Assembly (NCBI RefSeq): GCF_006345805.1
Contig: NC_042998.1
Location: forward strand, 167,090,001-167,154,000
Origin: Octopus sinensis
Lineage: Eukaryota
Reading direction: 5' to 3'
DNA: 64,000 nucleotides
Part shown: positions 55,003-64,000 of the stretch, one piece after another
How the letters are laid out: every line of letters begins with the position of its first letter
Numbering within the stretch: position 1 is the stretch's first letter
Translations under genes and position numbers: made by a program
Notes under the pieces: model-generated
Database searches by the model: none
What the model was told of the DNA's origin: nothing
What the model saw: the letters and a program-made list of their open reading frames with translations, nothing else

Positions 55003-55231
55003 ACACACACAGAGTTATATTTACAATATATAGATTGATAACATCCACTTCAAGCGAGTAATAAATATTCTTTTCTACAATAGGCACAAAGCCAAATGTT
55101 TACATCGACGCAGTGCTCAAGTGATAGTTAATTTATCGACACCGAAAGGGATGTAAGTCGAAATCAGCATCGGCGGAATTTGAACTCAGAACATAAAGAA
55201 GGACGAAATACCGCTTATATATTTATACATA

Positions 55232-55397
<166 letters not shown>

Positions 55398-55399
55398 TA

Positions 55400-57044
55400 C
55401 ACTTGCGTCGGAAATTAATTAGCACTTCTCAAATTTCTACATTTTCTTACATTTTCTTAATTTAATTAACTTATTATCAGAAACGAACTCGTTTATTAAA
55501 ATTTATTAAAACATATCCCAGCACACCACATAATTGTTATTAATCGTGAAATTTAGTCAATATCTTGTTGCTCCTCCTTTGGCAGCAATGACAGCTGCTA
55601 CGCGGGTCGGCATGCTGTCTATGAGTGCCTGCAGGTACTGTGCAGGGATGGCCCTCTATGCAGCAAGAAGTGCCCCAAACAGCTTGTGTCGGTTCAGGTC
55701 AGGTGACTGGCCAGGCCAGTCCATGACCGTCACCCCATGGTCCTTGAAGAAACCGGTTGTGAGCTTGGCTGTGTGGGAAGGCACGTTGTCCTGCTGGAGC
55801 ACGTACTCCTCGCCACCAAAGAGGTATCCCGTACTATCTCAACGCACTTTGCTGCGTTGATGTTGCCTTCGACGGCATAGAGCCGCCCAACACCACTGTA
55901 ACTGAACGCCCCTCACACCATCAGACCACCCCCACCATGCTTCATGGTGAGAGCAATGCAGTCTTTGTTGAAGCGCTCACCCCTGCGGCGTCGCACATGG
56001 ACAGGCTTGTCACTGACGAGACTGAATCGCGACTCGTCAGTGAACATCACTGTCCACCACTGCTGCACGGTCCATGTCTTGTGGGCACGGGCCCAGAGCA
56101 GCCGCCTCTTCCAGTTTGGGCTGTAAGGAGCGGCTTATGGGCGGCCCTACAGGATTTTAGACCAGCTTCCAGTAATCTGGTCTGACGGTGGTTGTAGACA
56201 ACTGCTTCCCTGTCATCTTTTGCATCTCCTCCGCCAGTTGCTGGCTCGTTGCCCTTCGGTTGTACAGCGACTTTCGGATCAGCATCCGGTCCTCCCGCTG
56301 GGTCGTCAGCCTCTTCCGTCCCCTACCCTTTTTGTCAGCTGCTGATCCGGTTTCCTCGTATTTCTTAAATAAGCACTGAATTGTGCGCCTGGCTACACCA
56401 AGTTTTCTGGCTATTGCAGCCTCCGACAGCTTCCCACGCCACAAGAGAGCCTCGTACCGTCTCTCCAAGGTCATGCGAGGTCTTGGGCCCATCTAGGAAT
56501 GAACGATAAAAACCAGTTATTTTCATTAAAACTATTTATTTGAATAATGTTATGCTATAACAAAACTGCTATGAGTTATTATTCATTAAACAAAAAAGAA
56601 AGAAAGCAGAATTTCTCACCTTATTTGATGTATAACAGAAAGTTTTGTGAACCAGAAGTGACGTCATCAAGCAGAGTGTAGGAGAATTTGTGAGGAAAAA
56701 AAATCTTGCAAATACACAAATCATTTAACCTACGAGCTGTTCAAAACGTCTTACGCGATGAGAAAACTTAGTACGGTGTGATTTCGGTCCTTGCGAGGCG
56801 CTATCTATATCTATTAAACAAAGGAAGATTTGTCTGCATCCGCACTCCAAGTTGTTGTTGCACTGCTATGTCAACATCATTAGGCTGTAGACTCTCAAAC
56901 TGCTCTGCAAACAAAGTTACGTCATCGTTCTGCGCAACAGTGAACTCATAACAAAGCAATAGTTCGAGATATGGCCACTAGGTGACAGCAAATACCTTGA
57001 GTGAAGAGAAAATCAAGGGTGCTAATTAATTTCTGACGGTGGTG
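55400..57044 (-). mobile_element. Tc1-family DNA transposon, 1645 bp, TIR-bounded
   Basis: 26-bp TIRs CACTTGCGTCGGAAATTAATTAGCAC / rc CACCACCGTCAGAAATTAATTAGCAC (22/26 identical), flanked by TA. Confidence 0.93.
55557..56492 (-). pseudogene. Tc1 transposase pseudogene
   Basis: Paired-like HTH (SEAAIARKLGVARRTIQ), GRGRKR AT-hook, MFTDESRF, KHGGG, LQQDN, WPGQSPDLN. Frameshifts present. An internal deletion right after SPDLN removes the third catalytic residue. Confidence 0.92.
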
Positions 57045-57056
57045 TATATGTACATA

Positions 57057-57105
<49 letters not shown>

Positions 57106-58303
57106 GCATATACATATAAACTTGACATGGGCGATTCTTTCTTGTGTTGGGATTGATTCACGGTCAAACGGCAGGATGGAATTGCGCGAAAAAATTACAC
57201 AGATGTGTAGAACGATCCGGTCGTGATCCTGAGCTTTGTCTTTTTTTTTAGTTCCCATGGTTACCGAGATAATCTATTATAATAATACTCTTGTGGTTAT
57301 GAATGAAAAGGAAGGGGTGATGTCATACTTGGTAGTGGGATGATGAAAATTGTACGCTGAAAAAGAAAATCAAACAGCGTTTCAATCCTGTGTGAATATA
57401 TGTGCGTGTATGTAAAAGGGGGGGGGGTTGTATGTGAATGTGTTTGTATGGTTGTTTGTGTGTGTGCGTGTGTGCGTGTGTGCGCAATGGAAGTGGGATG
57501 GTTTATCCTTGTTCGCTTAGTATTTGGGTTTATTTTTGATTTGGTTGAATCTTGGTTGGTTTTTTTTTTGTTGGTTAGTAATTTTTAGCGTTTTGATAGA
57601 AAATGGTCATTCTAAAATTGTTTTTTAACGTAAGCGTGACAAATAAGTCGAATGCTTTCACAGAGCAGTTTTACACCCACATCATCAAAACCGACCGGGT
57701 GAAACCTAACTTAGCTGCTAGTACATATATATATATATATACATATATACATACAGTCGTTAGCGCAATCGCGATTTCAATTCCCAGACCGGGCGTTATG
57801 AGTGTTTTTTGTGCGAAAACACCTAAAGCTCCACGAGGCTCCGGCAGCGTGTGGTGTCGAACCCTGCTACACTCTTTCACCATAACTTTCTCTCACTCTT
57901 TCTTCCCGTTTCTGTTGTATTTGTATTTCAAAGGACTAGCCTTGTCACACTCTGTGTCACGCTCAATCTCCCCGAGAACTACGTTAAGGGTACACTTCTT
58001 TATGGAGTACTCAGCCACTTGCACGTTAATTTCACAAGCAGGCTGATCAACTGGAACCCTCGTCGTCGTAACCAACAGAGTGCCACGATATACATACATA
58101 CATACATACATACATACATACATACATACATACATAGGGGTGGCTGTGTGGTAAGTAGCTTGTTTACCAACCACATGGTTTCGGGTTCAGTGCCACTGCG
58201 TGACACCTTGGGCAAGTGTCTTCTACTATAGCTTCGGGCCGACCAAAGATTTGTGAGTGGATTTGGTGAACAGAAACTGAAAGAAGCCCGTCGTATATAT
58301 GTA

Positions 58304-58339
<36 letters not shown>

Positions 58340-58596
58340 TGTATGTATGTATGTATGTATGTATGTGTGTATGAGTATGTGTTTGTATGTTTGTGTTTGT
58401 CCCCCCAACATCACTTGACAACCGATGCTGGTGTGTTTACGTCACCGTAACTTAGCGGTTCGGCAAAAGAGACCGATAGAATAAGTAATAGGCTTACAAA
58501 GAATAAGTCCTGGAGTCGATTTGCTTGACTAAAAGCGGTGCTCCAGCTAGGCCACAGTCAAATAACTGAAACAAGTAAAAGAGTATACATACATAC

Positions 58597-58627
<31 letters not shown>

Positions 58628-59964
58628 CATACATACATACATACATACATACATAAATACATACATACAGTGAAACTTTGTATGACATAAAAATTCTCCA
58701 TCTGAGATCCTTATGTGAATGGATGCACACATTTGGGTGTATGAATGAACATTTCAACCAACACACAAACTCAACCACATATTCACAAACAGGAACTCTC
58801 TTAACTCAAAAAGTCTTGTCGTTTTGTTAGCACTCGGCTTGACCTCTCTCTAGAAGAATTTAAATTAAACTCAAAGATAAATCATGCATATTTATGCGTA
58901 TGCCATTAAAAGCTATTTTACGTTTTGATCTCTTCCTCTACTATTTATAATTATTTATAATTACATTTTCGCAATGAAGAAAATCACATTTTCCTGTATA
59001 TTTGATAAAAAAAAACGTTCATTAATGCCGTCTTCAAAAATATATAAACAAATTTCTTCCACCCTGGCGTATACAAACTATGCAATAACCCTTTTACGAA
59101 CACACCTACACGCACATATTTAAACAGATCCTTACATATGCTGCCGCACATACAATTATACATTTCTGTATACATATATAAACATACTCACGTAGACTCA
59201 TAAAACATAAACACAAACGTTCCCACCCTAAACAAGTAAACGTATATAATCATAAATCTGAAATGTCATTTCAGTGCGGTTTTGACTGTTAACTACAGTT
59301 TCAGATCTCTTAGTTCGTTCAGATGTAGTAGATTTGATATTTTAGTGTGTTAAATATTGGTAATAAAACCTTAATGACTTTAATATAAGAAACTTTGGTA
59401 ATAAAAGCTTCGGTATGTTATCTCCTCAAGCATCTGAATTATGAAACACATTGTATATTGTAGCTGTTGCACAATTCTTTGCATTCATTTTGTCGTTGTT
59501 AAAACTACACTAACCATTAACCTTATTTCTGTAAAAAGAAATTCCCGATATGTAGTTTGCCTATATTAGTAATTTTAACATATGTTTTGTGTTTACTAGC
59601 AATTTCTTTCATTGTAAAAGCTTTATTGTATTCTAACAATTTTAATAATTCAGCAAGAAAAACAAATATTACACATTCATATTTGATTGCACATTGTTTT
59701 ATACCGGTAATAAAAAAGACTTTGCATCATTCATTGACATATAGGTATGTGGTTAGACGATTGCGTGACATATTGGGCAAGTTCCTTATACTATAACCGC
59801 TGGCCGACAAATGCCTTGTGAGTGGATTTGGTAGACGGAAACTGAAAGAAGCTCGTCGTATATATATATATATGTATGTGTGTGTATGTGTTTGTGTGTG
59901 TTTGTCCCCCTAGCATTGCTTGACAACCGATGCTGGTGTGTCAAGATTTTAAGTAAAAATTTTC

Positions 59965-60051
59965 TTGTTCTGTACTTTACCAGATGTAATAAGTTGTCCT
60001 GAACTTTTGCAAGTGTAATAACTTATCCTGTAATTTTCCAGGTTTATAATC
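59965..60051. repeat. Three diverged 29-bp tandem units
   Basis: ttgttctgtactttaccagatgtaataag / ttgtcctgaacttttgcaagtgtaataac / ttatcctgtaattttccaggtttataatc. Confidence 0.75.
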
Positions 60052-60117
60052 TTAAGAATATTATTTCTCTTGCTCGCAGTTTTCCATGTAATATAAGGTT
60101 TGTGTAGTCTATTGAGT

Positions 60118-60400
60118 GAAGGCGCATGGCTCAGTAGTTAGAGAGTCGGTCTCACAATTATGAGGTAGTGAGTTCGATTCTCGGACCGGGTTGTGTGTTG
60201 TGTTCTTGAGCAAGACACTTTATTTCACATTGCTCTAGTTCACTCGTCCCTGGTACCAAGTTGTATCGGTATTTGCCTTTCCCTTGGATAACATCGGCGG
60301 CGTAGAGAGTGGAGACTGGCATGCATGGGCGACTGCTGTCTTCCATAAACAACCTTGCCTAAACTTGTGCCTCGGAGGGAAACTTGCTTATTCATAACTG
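60118..60400 (+). mobile_element. tRNA-derived SINE
   Basis: ggcgcatggctcagtagttagagagtcgg...gtgagttcgattctc A/B boxes. Confidence 0.75.
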
Positions 60401-62335
60401 AAAGGGATTATTCTCTTGGTTATTCATGACTGAAAGGGGCCTATTGAAAAATTGATTGTTTGATATATAAATCAATGCATTCATATTTTGTATAGAAAAT
60501 CTTAAGAAAATTTATAACGGTTTACGCCAACTCATTATTCAGATTGGTCGCCTACTACAAAAAATACATACTCATCATAGAAGACCGCATCAGCCTTGAA
60601 GGTGGGAGCTATGTTTCTTAAAAGTAAATACAGAAATAAATGATAATGTTGCAACGATGTGTCCAAAAATCTAACACCATTCAATTCTACCATACTTTTC
60701 ATATATATTGTTGTGCCTTATTTATGGGAGAAATGAGTAGTAAACTTGATTAGAACTAACAGATATACAGGCAATAACAGTCAACTCCTCTCTATTAGGT
60801 TTCCTTATCTTCTGCTACACTGAATTATATAATTGACTATTCTTGCCAATGAATATATATAATTACAAAATAAATTGCAAATTGTGCAAAATAAACATCA
60901 AGATCCTAAAATGTGTAGCATGTCAAACATCAACATAATAAACCAAAATGTCCTACACCCTTTTCATGATAATGTATATATCATGTCATCATGGCCCACA
61001 AAACAACAAATTCACCTCTCAGCTCATTGATCGAAAGAAAGATAGTATAGCTCTTATTGAGTTACATAGTTATCTCTAATAATCTTGGTAAGTACACTTA
61101 CTTAAAAATTGGGTTCCGAGGTGTATTGTTTCATCCCAGATATTTCGGTTACAGAGTAAGTAGTTGAACTGCTTACTTTCGTGTGATCAAATCATGCAGC
61201 TCCATGGTTTCTAATATATATGGTATAAGAAGAGATTCCTCAAAATATCATTTATACACTAGCTCAATCTTTCAATCTCAGGGCTTTCTTCATCAGTCTC
61301 TTGATTATTTCACTAAGGTCCACTGATTGTTTTTCATTGATAGTACAAATATCTTATGAAGAAACTGGGAGGGAAACGTTTATACTTTTCGAGAAAGATC
61401 AGTGGTATCATTACAGTGAATTAATTTCGATTGAGTTGAGGGCTAACACTACATCACAGTTTCGATTGACTAAGGTCTAATATTTTGAATAATATTTTGA
61501 ATTGCAGCATTCATCAATGTCCGGGGAAATGATCATACCCTGATAGTTTTCAGACTTTGATTTGAAATTTTGGTACAAGCCCAGCAATTTTAGGGGAGTG
61601 GATAAGTCGATTATGTCGACCCCAGTATTCAACTGGTACTTGTTTTATCGACCGCAAAATGATGAGAAGCAAAGTCGACGTCGACGGAGCTTGAACTCAG
61701 AACGTAAAGGCAGACGAAATGTTGTAAATCATTTTGCACGGTGTGCTAATGGCTCTGCCAAACTCACCTAGTTAAAGAAATATTGTCTCCATAAATGACA
61801 CCCGTGAATCTAAGTACAATCCATGCGAAAAGTTTCAATATAGTTCCTGCCTACTCAGTTTCACTCACAGTTCTTGGCTTACCCACTTTGTAGAAGAACA
61901 CCTGCCCAACATACTGCGCAGTAACTTTAGACTTGGTACTAGGTAACCGCTAAATAAACTTATTAACTACACATCCAAGTAAAAGATTGCGAATGACACG
62001 AATCATCGTTACCGACTCCTTGAAAATCTTTGCAGCAGGACACATTTTGGGATAATTCTCTTATTATGATATATCAAATAATCTTTGTAGTTTCTAAAAT
62101 ATTAGAAACCATTTCTTTTAAAAATCAACAATACTGCATAATACTGGTGAATTCTTTCTGTCAGTTCGTGTTTCTAAAAAACAAATTCGAATTTCACGAA
62201 TCCTAATGATATGCTTTTCCTTATCACCACTTCATCAATCAAAATCTCATCCTATTGATGTGTCTCTTGTATATAGCTCTATGCATACATATATATATAT
62301 TTATGTATGTATATATACATACACATACATACACA

Positions 62336-62418
<83 letters not shown>

Positions 62419-62419
62419 T

Positions 62420-62466
<47 letters not shown>

Positions 62467-62484
62467 TATATATATTATATATAT

Positions 62485-62573
<89 letters not shown>

Positions 62574-63324
62574 CGCGTGTATGTCTCTTTTATCTCCTTT
62601 CTTTTATTTCTTTCATTCGTTAGGCTTCGGCTATGCTGGGAAAGCGCCTTGAAGGGGTTAGTCAAACAAATCAACCCAAGTACATTTTTTTAAACCCGGT
62701 ACTTATTGAATTGGTCATCTTTTCCCGAACCACTAAGGCACGGGGACATGAACAAACCAACGCCGGTTGTTAAGCGGTGTTGGTTTGTTTACGAACACAA
62801 GTACACACACACATTTATATACGACAGGCTTCTTTCAGTTTCCGTCTACCAAATCCACTCACAAGGTTTTGGTTGCCTCGGAACCACAGCAGAGGACATT
62901 TTGACCAAGGTACCACGCAGTGGGATTGGGCCCGAATCCATGTGGTTGGGCAGCAAGCTTCTTACCACATCCACACTTGCGCGTATTTGTCTGGTTGAAT
63001 ATCTATGCGCCTGTATCTGTATGTCTGTTAGATCTACGTATAACTGAATGTATAAATCTGTTTTGCCATTTTGAGGTTCCAAGTTTAATCCCACAGCTAG
63101 GTAAGCTGGGCACATGCGTTTAATGCACATATGCAAATTGGACACATATGCATTTTCCCTTTTTTTCATTTCAGTCTCGATTATATCCTAGCCTTAAGAC
63201 TGATATTGAGTCGACATAATCTGTGGTAGTCCGTAGTTGGATGGACTGTAATAACTGTATTTCAAAATGCCAGATTTGTCACACGGTTTTTCCAGCTGAC
63301 CTTGCTTGAAGATTACATAAAGTG

Positions 63325-63374
63325 TCAGTGAAATACTATGCTTACAATAAATTGTAAGCATAGTATTTCACTGA
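63325..63374. repeat. Perfect palindrome, 24-bp arms with 2-nt spacer
   Basis: tcagtgaaatactatgcttacaat aa attgtaagcatagtatttcactga. Confidence 0.97.
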
Positions 63375-64000
63375 TACCACCTAAAATAAGAATGTGTAAG
63401 CAGTTTAGTCGATCGATCAAAAGATCAATTTACTAAAGTAAATTACTTGCGCGTGACAGTGTATACCTGTCTGAAGTCACAAAATTTTCTTTCCGTGTTT
63501 TGTAGTAGTTATAACACCAGATTATTGTTTGTGTATCAATGAACCGCTTTATTTCCACTCTCAATTAATGACATTCTCTATTTTCCAAACTGTCTCTAAA
63601 AATTTCATTTCTTTAATTATTCTGAAATCTAATCATCAGCTTAAACTCTGAAACGTAGTCATCGTCTACTATGTAGACAACATAGATCATTACCCTATTA
63701 TTCGTTTGGTTACCCAGTGTTTCGTGATAAATTGTTTGATAAAAATAGCAATAGGTATGGACAACTTTTGTTTCGAGTTCAAATTCCTGCAGTGATTGAC
63801 ATTGACCTTCTTTCTTGTGGAGATCCAAGAATTTAATACCAGGGATCACTTTTGTCAGTACTACTCCTCTTAGAATGTGTAGCTAAAAATAGGTATAGAT
63901 AGAGCTATTGCTCTCTATATATGAACCACTTTTCCTACCATGCTTGAACAATCGTTTCGGAATCTATTTCCCTTTAGTGTATCTTCGTAGGCTTTAACGT

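Overview
AT-rich eukaryotic DNA made mostly of microsatellites, SINEs and decayed transposons. The repeat landscape resembles a coleoid cephalopod (Octopus-like) genome; this is inferred from repeat style, not from a marker gene. I cannot confidently identify any host protein-coding gene, and most ORF-track entries are microsatellite artefacts. Recognisable coding relics are a near-complete Penelope-like element (PLE; RT plus GIY-YIG, ~49040-51250), further PLE fragments, a full-length TIR-bounded Tc1 (55400-57044), two mariner relics, an RTE LINE fragment, a Helitron Rep fragment and three copies of a non-autonomous hAT-like element. The main signal is RNA-level: minimal type I hammerhead ribozyme (HHR) motifs from several unrelated families are scattered through the window. 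At 44858-45943 a GC-rich 362/363-bp unit is repeated in tandem with one HHR per complete unit and ends in an inverted copy. This looks like a non-autonomous retrozyme that could release a 362-nt, highly structured, possibly circular RNA. Several long fold-back palindromes also occur, some built on HHR remnants. All structures were paired by eye; no folding software or database search was run.
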